A stretch of DNA of 34,656 bases from an archaeon (GCA_021107835.1 JAIOSD010000048.1:1-34656), one strand, 5' to 3'; shown: positions 9,077 to 18,078, counted from the stretch's first letter. Numbers and translations are program-made. The notes: a model not told the origin generated them from the letters alone.

Positions 9077-10000
9077 TTACGATTGTAAGATCTTTAACAA
9101 CTTAGACATTGATTGCACATATTCAAAGTCTAAAAACACTGTAATCTCTCTTTGATAATTTGCTCCAGTATTCTCCACAGGCATAGTACATCTAAGTGTT
9201 TTAGTTCCAGCAGTAAGCTTCAAATATCCTTCATTTCCTTCAATTCCATCAAACGATACACAACTAACATCTTCAGGAATCACTCTAAAATGAATTTTAT
9301 TTGCTTTATTTGCTTTAACAATTGTATCTCCAAGGCTTTCACAAGAAAAATCATCCATGTAAACGTCTCCAAACCCTTTGTTTTCAACTTCCATATTAAA
9401 TTTAACTTCATCTATACCATATACCTCTTCAACAAAACTAGTTATCTGTATAGGAGAGCTTGAAACTCTTTGGGAATTTATTCTTTCTTCACCTAAAACA
9501 CAAACGCTTTCTCCACCACCTTCAACTATTTCAGAAGAAGAAATACAAGCAGTAACCGCAGCTTCCGTTCTATAAGGGTAACACACTCTCGCATGTAATG
9601 TTGGATTTATATACTCTCCAGAAACACTTCCTTGATAATTAATTATACCCATATCCACGTTAACTTGAGCACCCTCTCCAATCAAACCCTTTTTAGTACC
9701 TAAAATTCCTGGAACAACAGAAACATAATCTGAACTCAAACTAAAATCACTCATTGCTAAACCATACAAAGCAACCTCTACAGAATTTTCAGGCAAATCA
9801 TATTCTCCTTTATTCTTTAAACCTATTTTAATTGGAACATCTGAATTAGCAGTAAACTGCGAAATAGGTGCTCCATCTACAAAACTAATTTCTAATCCAT
9901 CAGTCCCCCCAATAAAGGGCCCTTCAATTTCAACATCTTCACTACATCCAGAAATCAATAAAACAAAAGTAATTACAACCAAAAATGCTATTTTTTTCAT
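9077..10000 (-). CDS. secreted lipoprotein-like protein (lipobox LISGC)
   Basis: N-terminus MKKIAFLVVITFVLLISGCSED. Beta-rich segments of the xxNxGxxD type (IGLKNKGEYDL, MEVENKGFGDVY) and paired Cys. There is a 4-nt overlap with the upstream gene. Confidence 0.65.
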   Translation of the reverse strand: MKKIAFLVVITFVLLISGCSEDVEIEGPFIGGTDGLEISFVDGAPISQFTANSDVPIKIGLKNKGEYDLPENSVEVALYGLAMSDFSLSSDYVSVVPGILGTKKGLIGEGAQVNVDMGIINYQGSVSGEYINPTLHARVCYPYRTEAAVTACISSSEIVEGGGESVCVLGEERINSQRVSSSPIQITSFVEEVYGIDEVKFNMEVENKGFGDVYMDDFSCESLGDTIVKANKANKIHFRVIPEDVSCVSFDGIEGNEGYLKLTAGTKTLRCTMPVENTGANYQREITVFLDFEYVQSMSKLLKILQS

Positions 10001-10938
10001 AATAATCCCTCCTCATTTTCTACTAATTTAATTGTGCCACTAGGCAAAAGCACATAATAATCATGTACAAGTGTGATAAATATCGCCTCTGGATAGCCCC
10101 CTTGCCCTCCAAGTTCAGCAAGAAAATCACAACTAACAACCTTAGTAAGCCCTTCACTAAAGTCTAATAAGCCTTTACTATTTAAGTCATCACAATTGAA
10201 ATATCCTTGATTTCCCAATTGTGCCTCAATCTTCAAAAAATGATCTTGAGTATCTTCCCAAAAAACACTTCCTTTAGAATCTTTTTTTAAGTATACATCA
10301 ATCTTAACTACTGCTTTATTACCTTGTTTACCCAATCTCTTCACAACTTTTTCAACAATAACAGGAGCAAGGTCTCCTTCAATATTTCCTTGAGTAAAAG
10401 TTTGCCCATTTTCACAAGGAAAATCAATTTCAGTGGCCGGAAGTTTTACACAAACATCATTTAATTTAAATTCACTAATAACAGAGTACCTTAATTCTGC
10501 ATTTATAGTTGTTTTGTCATTTCCATGAGCAATGCCAGAATAAGAATATGCTCCGCCACCTTCAGGAAAATGTTTTAAAACAACACCAGGAACCAACCCC
10601 TCATTTGAATCTACAGTTGCTGCAGGAATTTCTATGTTTTTTATACAAGGTTTTAATTTAGGAATGCCCCCAATGGAAGCAGAAGCCAAATCAGAAACAC
10701 ATAATGTAGCGCCTTCAACTACTTTTGGAAGATTATTAGTTAAAAGAATATCTACCCCAAACTCATCATACTCATCCAAACAATACCCGGTAGAATCCTT
10801 ACAACTAGAATAAAACTCATTATTTTTTGTAAATTCTAAATCAACACCGCCCATATTTGTTTTAGCAGTTTGCTTATTACACCCAGAAATAGAAAAAACT
10901 AATACCATCAATAATAAGATAATAATAACACCTCTCAT
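9997..10938 (-). CDS. secreted lipoprotein-like protein (lipobox SISGC), distant paralog of 9077..10000
   Basis: N-terminus MRGVIIILLLMVLVFSISGCNKQ. Both mature proteins start with GG.D.LE..F, and both are Cys-containing and beta-rich. Confidence 0.65.
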   Translation of the reverse strand: MRGVIIILLLMVLVFSISGCNKQTAKTNMGGVDLEFTKNNEFYSSCKDSTGYCLDEYDEFGVDILLTNNLPKVVEGATLCVSDLASASIGGIPKLKPCIKNIEIPAATVDSNEGLVPGVVLKHFPEGGGAYSYSGIAHGNDKTTINAELRYSVISEFKLNDVCVKLPATEIDFPCENGQTFTQGNIEGDLAPVIVEKVVKRLGKQGNKAVVKIDVYLKKDSKGSVFWEDTQDHFLKIEAQLGNQGYFNCDDLNSKGLLDFSEGLTKVVSCDFLAELGGQGGYPEAIFITLVHDYYVLLPSGTIKLVENEEGLL

Positions 10939-10978
10939 ATCTATAAAATATACTATTCTCTTTTAAAAATCTTTCTAA

Positions 10979-12511
10979 TTAATAAGGGACATCAGTAATA
11001 CAAGAACCATCAAGATATTTACAATTACCAACCAAACAATAGTCATCATTACACTCTTTCTCACTAGAATAATCTGTAGTACAAGAGCCACCGCATTGTT
11101 CACATTTAGAAAAAACTTCCCCTTCATAAACAGGTTTGCACCCTTTCATAGGGATACATTTTGTTTCATTATAATAAGAACAAGGATCTCCGGCAGGAAC
11201 ATCAGCCTTAAAAAACTTTAAATTAATACTATCTTCCATAGCAAATACATAATCAACTTCTGCTTCAATAGGTGTTAAATAAAAACTAGACTGCTCATCA
11301 ATAAAAGGTAAAATATTCAAGTGACATTTTAATTTTAAATCTGTTTTAAAATACTTCATACAACTTTCTTCAGTCAAGCCAGTTCCTTGAAGCGCCTCAG
11401 GGGAACAATCTTTATTTACTTTTTCATTAAGAGCATAAGGCGTTAAGTGATAGATTTGATATTCTCCCTCAAATTCTCCAGTTGGTTCAAAATCACAAAA
11501 AATAGGGTTAACATCTAATTCAATCTCTGGGGGCAATTTTAAAAATATATCTTTCACAGAAATTAAATCCCCTCTCCAATTCTTAGTCAAAGAAACTTGA
11601 AAAGGAACTAAAGAAGTATACCCATCTAAAAAGGGTTGGTTTCTACCCGCCCCCATACCAAGATTTATTGGTCCAGCAGTTGTAGTAGAAGCCATAACAT
11701 TACCAAACCCTAAATTTGCCGGTCTTTCTCCTAAAAAATGCATCCATGGGTCCACCCCTGTATTATAAAAAAAAGAGTTATAGTCATGAGCCCTCATAAT
11801 ATAAGCATCATAATGAGCAATCGTCTTGGTCTCAAACAATACCTTAAAAGTTAACCTTTTAGTATTCAATTTAGTTGGGTTCAAAGACAAAGAACCATCA
11901 ACAGAGGGATTACAAAAAACCATTTCTGATTCAATTCTTCCATTTCCAGAATAATTAAACGTTTTAGGACTAACTGCAATTTCTCCCGTATAATCTTCCA
12001 ACTCACATTCAAACTTAACTTGGGATTCTTCTTGAGATAAACTAGATGCCTGAACCATGGCCGTAGCTGAAATATGGGGGAGTTTACCATCAGAAACGAT
12101 GAACTCACGAGGAACTGCCTCAAAACTAGTTATTTTTACTCCCAAATTACGATTATCTTTATTTTCCTCAACAATAGAACGATATGTTCTTGTTTTAGCA
12201 GGATTAAACACACTATCATATAGACTAGAAAACCAACTATTATCTAGATTCTTATCTATAACAAGAGATATATCTTTAGTAGTTGCTTCAGCAGATCCAG
12301 AAGAAATCTGTGCATAAGAAAAGGCAGCAATACCCACAATAGCTAAAACAAGAACTATTTTAAAAATCCATCCAAAAAACTTACTAAAAACCTCTCCAGG
12401 ACCTTCTACATATCCCCCACCTTTAGTTTTAGTTTTATAAACATGCTTCACACTTCGAGGCTTTCCAGAAGAATCATCCTCTTTCCCCCCTCCCTCTTTT
12501 TCCTCAGCCAT
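10979..12511 (-). CDS. type II-anchored surface protein with Gly/Lys-rich cytoplasmic tail and Cys-rich C-terminal module
   Basis: 510 aa. N-terminus MAEEKEGGGKEDDSSGKPRS...KTKTKGGG, then the TM segment FGWIFKIVLVLAIVGIAAFSY. The last ~68 aa contain 10 Cys. Confidence 0.65.
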   Translation of the reverse strand: MAEEKEGGGKEDDSSGKPRSVKHVYKTKTKGGGYVEGPGEVFSKFFGWIFKIVLVLAIVGIAAFSYAQISSGSAEATTKDISLVIDKNLDNSWFSSLYDSVFNPAKTRTYRSIVEENKDNRNLGVKITSFEAVPREFIVSDGKLPHISATAMVQASSLSQEESQVKFECELEDYTGEIAVSPKTFNYSGNGRIESEMVFCNPSVDGSLSLNPTKLNTKRLTFKVLFETKTIAHYDAYIMRAHDYNSFFYNTGVDPWMHFLGERPANLGFGNVMASTTTAGPINLGMGAGRNQPFLDGYTSLVPFQVSLTKNWRGDLISVKDIFLKLPPEIELDVNPIFCDFEPTGEFEGEYQIYHLTPYALNEKVNKDCSPEALQGTGLTEESCMKYFKTDLKLKCHLNILPFIDEQSSFYLTPIEAEVDYVFAMEDSINLKFFKADVPAGDPCSYYNETKCIPMKGCKPVYEGEVFSKCEQCGGSCTTDYSSEKECNDDYCLVGNCKYLDGSCITDVPY

Positions 12512-12513
12512 AT

Positions 12514-13656
12514 TTATTCATACCAAACTTTTATCTCATTAATTATAAAATCATTAACAGGAACAAGTTCTAAAAAATTATGTCCTTTCTTAACAAAACC
12601 AGTTATTTCTTTCTCAAAATAACTACTAGAAATATCTAACTTAATATCATGATTATTCACAAAAATATTTGCTTCCTTACCCCCACTTTCCATTTGTAGA
12701 GATAAATAAAATTCATCAGCAAAATCAAAAGCACTTTCTTCAATTTCAAACGTATAAGAAGGATATATCTCATCATCCAATCTATTAACAACTTTAACAG
12801 GGCTCAATAAAAAGTTCCCATTATCTATTATGAACTTAATCTCATTCTCACCAGAATTAAGTTTATTTCCAAGATCAATACTTCTTTGGAAACTAGTACA
12901 TTCAATAGATTCAGAGGACAAAAGCACATCATTCAAATAAATCTTTAGAATAGTCAAACCCCTTGCAGAAGTACAGAAAACAGAAAAATCCAATCTAGAA
13001 TCACTCAAATGACTCTTCTCAGTTTCACTAACAGAAAAACTTCTAACCTCCTCATAATGCACCCTCTCAAACTCCTGTCTTATTTCAAGATCCCTCAAAG
13101 TATATTTATTTTTCTTCCAAAAAGACAATCCAGGAGAATCCACATACAGTTTCAAATTGTTTTTTTCCTTCAAATAAGAGAGAGGTAAATTTATAACCTT
13201 TCCACTTGCCACTTCAATCTTCTCAGAAAAAATAGGATGTTCATTCAACTCAATAAATAATTTACCACTTGTATCGCTTGCTCTAAAAGTAAAATAAACT
13301 CTTTCCAAATTATCTAAATCCTCTAAAACAAAATTTAAATCTTGATCAACATTCCCAAACCAACCCCTATTAACAAACAAAGATTCAGCTAGGCTTTCAA
13401 CTTCATCATCAAACTTAATGTTTAAATTTACTGGGTTTAGATCATGTACAAATTCATCACTTGCATCCGCACCAAAAGCTTCATCAAAAAGTAAAACCCC
13501 CACAATCTCTTCTTCATCACAAACATCTTCACAATTACCAGGATCTAAAAGCTGACATTTATCACAAGGAGGCATAATCAACATATAAATCATTATAAAA
13601 ATAGCAATAAGAAATACCAACCCCCCTATAGAACCACTATTAGCTTTTTTAGACAT
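12514..13656 (-). CDS. N-terminally anchored surface protein with three internal repeats
   Basis: N-terminus MSKKANSGSIGGLVFLIAIFIMIYMLIMPPCDKC, followed by three similar segments (LFIELNEHPIF..., LKIYLNDVLLS..., ANIFVNNHDIKL...). Confidence 0.65.
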   Translation of the reverse strand: MSKKANSGSIGGLVFLIAIFIMIYMLIMPPCDKCQLLDPGNCEDVCDEEEIVGVLLFDEAFGADASDEFVHDLNPVNLNIKFDDEVESLAESLFVNRGWFGNVDQDLNFVLEDLDNLERVYFTFRASDTSGKLFIELNEHPIFSEKIEVASGKVINLPLSYLKEKNNLKLYVDSPGLSFWKKNKYTLRDLEIRQEFERVHYEEVRSFSVSETEKSHLSDSRLDFSVFCTSARGLTILKIYLNDVLLSSESIECTSFQRSIDLGNKLNSGENEIKFIIDNGNFLLSPVKVVNRLDDEIYPSYTFEIEESAFDFADEFYLSLQMESGGKEANIFVNNHDIKLDISSSYFEKEITGFVKKGHNFLELVPVNDFIINEIKVWYE

Positions 13657-13695
13657 ATTTTAAGAATATCCAAAGATAATTTAAAAGGTTTTCTA

Positions 13696-14106
13696 TTAAA
13701 CAATATGTTTAGAAAGTTCTGGAAATTCCTTAATCATCGCTTGTTTGGCCCTAACTTCCGATTCAGCCCCTTCACTTAAACTATTTACTTTTAATTTCTT
13801 CTTAAATAACACATGATAAAATTCATGCATAACTAATGCTTTAACAAAATCCTTATCTGAAGTTAATTGATTAATCATATCTTCACAAAGATAAACTGTA
13901 TCCCCTTTAACAGAATGTTTAACCAACGCCCCAACAATAATAGGTACCCCTTCTATAAGATTTTCCTCAATCAATTTACTTTCTTTAGAAATAGAGAAAA
14001 ATTCATCTCCCCCAACAAATTTTAAAGTGCACTTAACCTTATGTTTTTTAGAAAAGTCACAATGCGCTTCATTAAAAATACCAATTAATTCCCTTTTCGT
14101 AAACAT
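13696..14106 (-). CDS. small HExxH zinc-metallopeptidase-like protein
   Basis: 136 aa with no TM segment. HEFYH is encoded at 13813..13827 (VMHEFYHVLF). It is divergent from the prepilin peptidase gene. Confidence 0.55.
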   Translation of the reverse strand: MFTKRELIGIFNEAHCDFSKKHKVKCTLKFVGGDEFFSISKESKLIEENLIEGVPIIVGALVKHSVKGDTVYLCEDMINQLTSDKDFVKALVMHEFYHVLFKKKLKVNSLSEGAESEVRAKQAMIKEFPELSKHIV

Positions 14107-14158
14107 AACAATAACAATAACAAAAAAGATTTATAAATGTGCCTATCAACAAACAAAT

Positions 14159-15022
14159 ATGTTTGATTATATAATTGCCTTAATCGCTTTAATTTGGTTA
14201 ACAGCAGCAGCAGTAATAGATATAAAAACAAAAGAAATACCCAACTGGTTAAATTTCAGTTTAATAGCAGTAGCCTTCTCAATCTTCTTATTTAAATCAA
14301 TACAACTTTCAAGTTTTCAACCAATTCTAAGTAGTTTAGTTGGATTTGGGATAGTTTTCATAATAGGAAATATAATGTATTACACTAAACAATGGGGTGG
14401 AGGGGACGCAAAACTACTTTATGGTTTAGGCGCTTTATTACCTCATTATCCACAACAACTAACAAATTTTTTCAGTCCAAATCTAAACCTCCCTTTCTTA
14501 GCAATCTTATTCATAAACATAATGGTAATAGGCGCAGCATATGCTCTGTTAATTAGTTTCATACTAATAATAAAAAGAAGAAAAGAATTTTCAAAAGAAT
14601 TCAAAAGAACAACTAACAAAATAAAAGGATTATCTAAAGTCTTATTCACTTTATTAACTATTTTCATACTAGCAATAATATTTATCCAAAACAATTTAAC
14701 TAGAACATTTTTATTTTTAATTGTAGTATTCCCTATCTTATTTTTCTATTTATTTATTTCAATAAAAACTATAGAAAAAGTTCAAATGTATAAAAAAATA
14801 AAAACTTCAAAATTAGTTGAAGGGGATTGGATAACAGAAAAAATAATAATAAACAAAAAATTAATTTACAATCCAGAAAAATCTTTAGGAATAACAAAAA
14901 AACAAATAGCTTTAATTAAAAAACATAAAAAAGAAATAATAATAAAAGAAGGAATTGCATTTGTACCTTCATTCTGGATAGCAACAATAATTAGTTTAGT
15001 CTTTGGGAATATTTTGTTTTAA
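14159..15022 (+). CDS. A24-family prepilin/preflagellin aspartyl peptidase (FlaK/PibD/EppA class)
   Basis: First catalytic Asp in AAAVIDIKTKEIPN (GAT at 14219..14221) and second in WGGGDAKLL (GAC at 14405..14407). C-terminal IAFVPSFWIA. Polytopic. The start is set at the ATG at 14159 (MFDYII); the track start at 14027 overlaps the divergent gene. Confidence 0.8.
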   Translation: MFDYIIALIALIWLTAAAVIDIKTKEIPNWLNFSLIAVAFSIFLFKSIQLSSFQPILSSLVGFGIVFIIGNIMYYTKQWGGGDAKLLYGLGALLPHYPQQLTNFFSPNLNLPFLAILFINIMVIGAAYALLISFILIIKRRKEFSKEFKRTTNKIKGLSKVLFTLLTIFILAIIFIQNNLTRTFLFLIVVFPILFFYLFISIKTIEKVQMYKKIKTSKLVEGDWITEKIIINKKLIYNPEKSLGITKKQIALIKKHKKEIIIKEGIAFVPSFWIATIISLVFGNILF

Positions 15023-15633
15023 CTAGATTTATAATCTAATTTCGGAACATCTTCCATTCTTAGATCATGTATAGTTTCGCAAGTAATTCTAGGACAATCA
15101 GGATCAGAGTACATCCATGAATGGGGATCCAACAAAGAGAATTCAAAATACTCAAGACCCCCTTTAGTGGATTTAGAGTCCAATCTTAATTCATGATCAA
15201 TCTCTTGTGGAAGTGCAAGTAACCCCATATCCAGGGCAGAATTTCGCAACCCCCTATAAGTAAGCTTATCCAATTTTTCCAACACCCCATCATCTTTTCT
15301 GAGTTCTAACTCTCTCGCAAGTTTGCTATATACTGAACCTGGCTCATTTGAAAGTCTACCAAAAAAAGGAAGAGATCCCTTACTAATATCAAAAAGAATT
15401 GTATCTACATTTCCAGGATTTCTTTTATAAAAATCCCAACAAGTCATAATCGATTTAGGGAATAGTTCTCGTGCAATTTCAATAAAATAATTATATTCCA
15501 AACAAGTAGTCTTTATTTCAGCGCCTCCAACATTACCCAACATAATCTCATTTGGAAATAGGCCCTGAATACTAGCTCTAACAAGCATTTCATTCCTAAC
15601 ATTATCCGACAAATCATCCAATCTAAATGTCAT
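15019..15633 (-). CDS. hypothetical soluble protein, no recognised motif
   Basis: 204-aa ORF, less Lys-rich than its neighbours. It is convergent with the peptidase gene and overlaps it by 4 nt. Confidence 0.55.
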   Translation of the reverse strand: MTFRLDDLSDNVRNEMLVRASIQGLFPNEIMLGNVGGAEIKTTCLEYNYFIEIARELFPKSIMTCWDFYKRNPGNVDTILFDISKGSLPFFGRLSNEPGSVYSKLARELELRKDDGVLEKLDKLTYRGLRNSALDMGLLALPQEIDHELRLDSKSTKGGLEYFEFSLLDPHSWMYSDPDCPRITCETIHDLRMEDVPKLDYKSS

Positions 15634-15663
15634 AAAAAAGAGAATAACAAAAGAGATATAAAA

Positions 15664-15942
15664 CTAACCAATAGCCCTTCTAACATCACTTATTTCAGCA
15701 GAATTAACTTCTTCAAATTCTGAAACTTTCTCGGCAACAGGATCAGGACTTCCAAGACCCTCTTCCATAACAAAAAGAATTTTTAAAGCTTTCAAACCAA
15801 AAGCAACAGGCTCAATTTCAGTTTTAGTTTCCTTTTCTCCAACAAAATCTTTTATCACAACCTTAACTTTAGTTTCTAAAGCTTCTAAATCGGTATCAGG
15901 AGAAATAGGCATAACTTTTATGGTTGCAACTGCAAGTGCCAT
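15664..15942 (-). CDS. ef1b: elongation factor aEF-1 beta
   Basis: IKVMPISPDTDLEALE...EIEPVAFGLKALKILFVMEE..G..D..E... Confidence 0.85.
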   Translation of the reverse strand: MALAVATIKVMPISPDTDLEALETKVKVVIKDFVGEKETKTEIEPVAFGLKALKILFVMEEGLGSPDPVAEKVSEFEEVNSAEISDVRRAIG

Positions 15943-15944
15943 TC

Positions 15945-16127
15945 TTAATTAGGTCCCTCAAATCCACAAGAACAATTATACTTAATAGATTTATTTCTGC
16001 AATCCTTACATCTTACAATTTTAACTTTTCCACAACTAGGACAATCAAAACTAACAGAACCATTTATATTAGTTATATCCACATTACACGAACTGCATTT
16101 TGTAGCTTTACTTTTAACCATTTTCAT
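15945..16127 (-). CDS. Zn-ribbon protein (COG2888-like), conserved partner of aEF-1 beta
   Basis: 60 aa with CxxC pairs: CSSCN...CPSCG...CKDCRN...CSCG. It lies immediately upstream of ef1b. Confidence 0.75.
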   Translation of the reverse strand: MKMVKSKATKCSSCNVDITNINGSVSFDCPSCGKVKIVRCKDCRNKSIKYNCSCGFEGPN

Positions 16128-16159
16128 ATTTTGGGGCTTTAACCTATTTATAAATCTTT

Positions 16160-16792
16160 TTATCTTGGCACGATATGATGTTTAATACACACTGCACAAT
16201 ATTTTCTTATGTCTCCTCCACCCATTTCTTCAGATTCACTTTCATCTCCTGGAATAACCAATGGATCACTATAAAGAGCAGGTTTTCCATTTAACAATCT
16301 CTGAGTTCTAGTAGCAACTGCCCCACACTTTTGACCCAATTCATCAGTATACTGACAAAAAGCATGCCTTTTATCTACTTCATCAGCCAAAGCTTCTAAA
16401 TCACCCATAGGGCCAAAAGTATTTCCTCTAAAATCAAGGTCTAATCCAGCCAAAAGCACTTTTTTATCTGCCCTCAACAAAGTATTAACAATTCCAATTA
16501 ACCTTTTGTTAAAAAACTGACCTTCATCAATAATTACAAAATCAACACTACGATCTAACTTAGTTAGGATTCCTTGAGCCCCCCTAACCATGGTAGCAGA
16601 AATCTTATCTCCTGTTCTACTCTCTATAAACCCCTCAGAATATCGAGTATCTTTAGTTGGCTTAAAAGCCTGATAATCATACTTAGAATATTCCTCTATT
16701 CTTCTAGCTTGCCTAATTAATTCCTCAGTCTTTCCACAACCCATCGGCCCACTTATTACATACAAATAAGCAGATCTATCAAAACCAAACAT
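16160..16792 (-). CDS. tdk: thymidine kinase
   Basis: P-loop SGPMGCGKTEEL, VIIDEGQFF, and the C-terminal Zn site C..C...CAVC. The ATG at 16792 is used; the track start at 16804 is a TTG. Confidence 0.85.
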   Translation of the reverse strand: MFGFDRSAYLYVISGPMGCGKTEELIRQARRIEEYSKYDYQAFKPTKDTRYSEGFIESRTGDKISATMVRGAQGILTKLDRSVDFVIIDEGQFFNKRLIGIVNTLLRADKKVLLAGLDLDFRGNTFGPMGDLEALADEVDKRHAFCQYTDELGQKCGAVATRTQRLLNGKPALYSDPLVIPGDESESEEMGGGDIRKYCAVCIKHHIVPR

Positions 16793-16832
16793 TAAGAAAA
16801 GCAAATCAAAAAGAAATTAAAAAGGTTGTGGT

Positions 16833-17822
16833 TTAGACATCATCTCTAATTCCTGCATCTGTAATGTAAAACATGCATTCGCCATCCTTAAGTGCAGGTG
16901 CATCAACTAATTTAGCAACTCTAGACCCTTTCTTACCTCTTCTTAAATATAACCTAGTCGTAGACGCATGAGCAACAATATGGCCCCCAATAGCTTCAGT
17001 TGGATCTCCAAAAAAAGTATCTGGTTTCGACATAACTTGATTAGTTACATACACAGCAATATTATATGTGTGCGCCAACTTCAACAAAACATGCATGTGT
17101 TTATTCAATTTCTGTTGTCTCTCCGCCAAAGTCCCCCTACCAACAAATTCACTTCTAAAGTGGCTCATCAAAGAATCCACAATAACTAATTTAACAGGAA
17201 CATTATCTTTATTTATCAATTCCTCAACTTTCTCTGCCAATAACATTTGATGGTCTGAATTAAATGCTCTTACAACCTTTATTTTCCCTAAAATATCCTT
17301 ATAATCAAGATTACTAATCTCAGCAATTTGCTTAACCCTCTCAGGTCTAAAAGTCCCCTCACTATCAATCCAAACAACAACCCCATTTGCACCGCCTTCT
17401 TTCAAAGGCAACTGCGCAGAAACAGCTAATTGATGTGCTAAAGCAGTTTTACCAGAACCATAAGCACCATAACACTCAGTTATTGAACCAGATTCCATTC
17501 CACCACCAATTAACTCATTAAATCCATTTGAACCAGTAGTAATCTTAATAACACTTTTTCTCTTCTCTAATAAATCTAACCCACTCTCAAACCCCATATT
17601 AAGTTTATCTCTAGCAACCTGAATCAACTTCCTAGCAACACTATCGCTAACACCAGAAGCGTCACCTAACTGCTTTAAACTAGCAACAGCAATAGATAAC
17701 AACGTATCATAACCAGCATCTTCTAGTTTTTCAACAGTTGCAGGACCAACACCAGGTAAGTCTGCAATACCAAACTCACCAGTTGGTTCTTCAATAGTTA
17801 TTTCTTCTTTACTCATTTTCAT
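16833..17822 (-). CDS. radA: DNA repair and recombination protein RadA
   Basis: HhH region LPGVGPATVEKLEDAGYDTL, Walker A GAYGSGKTALAHQLAV, Walker B LVIVDSL, and VYVTNQV. Confidence 0.95.
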   Translation of the reverse strand: MKMSKEEITIEEPTGEFGIADLPGVGPATVEKLEDAGYDTLLSIAVASLKQLGDASGVSDSVARKLIQVARDKLNMGFESGLDLLEKRKSVIKITTGSNGFNELIGGGMESGSITECYGAYGSGKTALAHQLAVSAQLPLKEGGANGVVVWIDSEGTFRPERVKQIAEISNLDYKDILGKIKVVRAFNSDHQMLLAEKVEELINKDNVPVKLVIVDSLMSHFRSEFVGRGTLAERQQKLNKHMHVLLKLAHTYNIAVYVTNQVMSKPDTFFGDPTEAIGGHIVAHASTTRLYLRRGKKGSRVAKLVDAPALKDGECMFYITDAGIRDDV

Positions 17823-18063
17823 CTTCCTCTTTAGAATCTAATAATATATTCTCTTGTGCCTTTTGTAATACTAAGATCGCTTTAGGAATATCATTCCTTC
17901 TCAAATTAATAGTTGCATCTCTCCAGATATTTTTATCATCTTTCCAAGACTTTCTCAAACTAATCGTTTTAAACTCAACCTTATCACCATTTACTTCTCT
18001 TTCGTTAAGCCAAATAGAACTCTCAATCGAGCCAGATTTATATTTTTTTATTGGTTTATTCAT
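17809..18063 (-). CDS. small basic/acidic-tailed protein translationally coupled to radA (possible PC4-like ssDNA binder)
   Basis: The ATG at 18063 is preceded by AAGGAGGTGG with a 5-nt spacer. 84 aa, MNKPIKKYKSGSIESSIWLNEREVNGDKVEFKTISLRKSW...; it overlaps the radA start by 14 nt. Confidence 0.6.
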   Translation of the reverse strand: MNKPIKKYKSGSIESSIWLNEREVNGDKVEFKTISLRKSWKDDKNIWRDATINLRRNDIPKAILVLQKAQENILLDSKEEDENE

Positions 18064-18068
18064 GTAAA

Positions 18069-18078
18069 CCACCTCCTT
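18069..18078 (-). promoter_or_regulatory. Shine-Dalgarno sequence AAGGAGGTGG
   Basis: The plus strand reads ccacctcctt. It lies 5 nt upstream of the ATG at 18063. Confidence 0.6.

Noticed and set aside
14027-14158. 44-aa N-terminal extension of the prepilin peptidase ORF.
   Set aside because: It overlaps the 5' end of the divergent HExxH gene. The ATG at 14159 gives MFDYII... directly entering TM1, as is typical for A24 peptidases.
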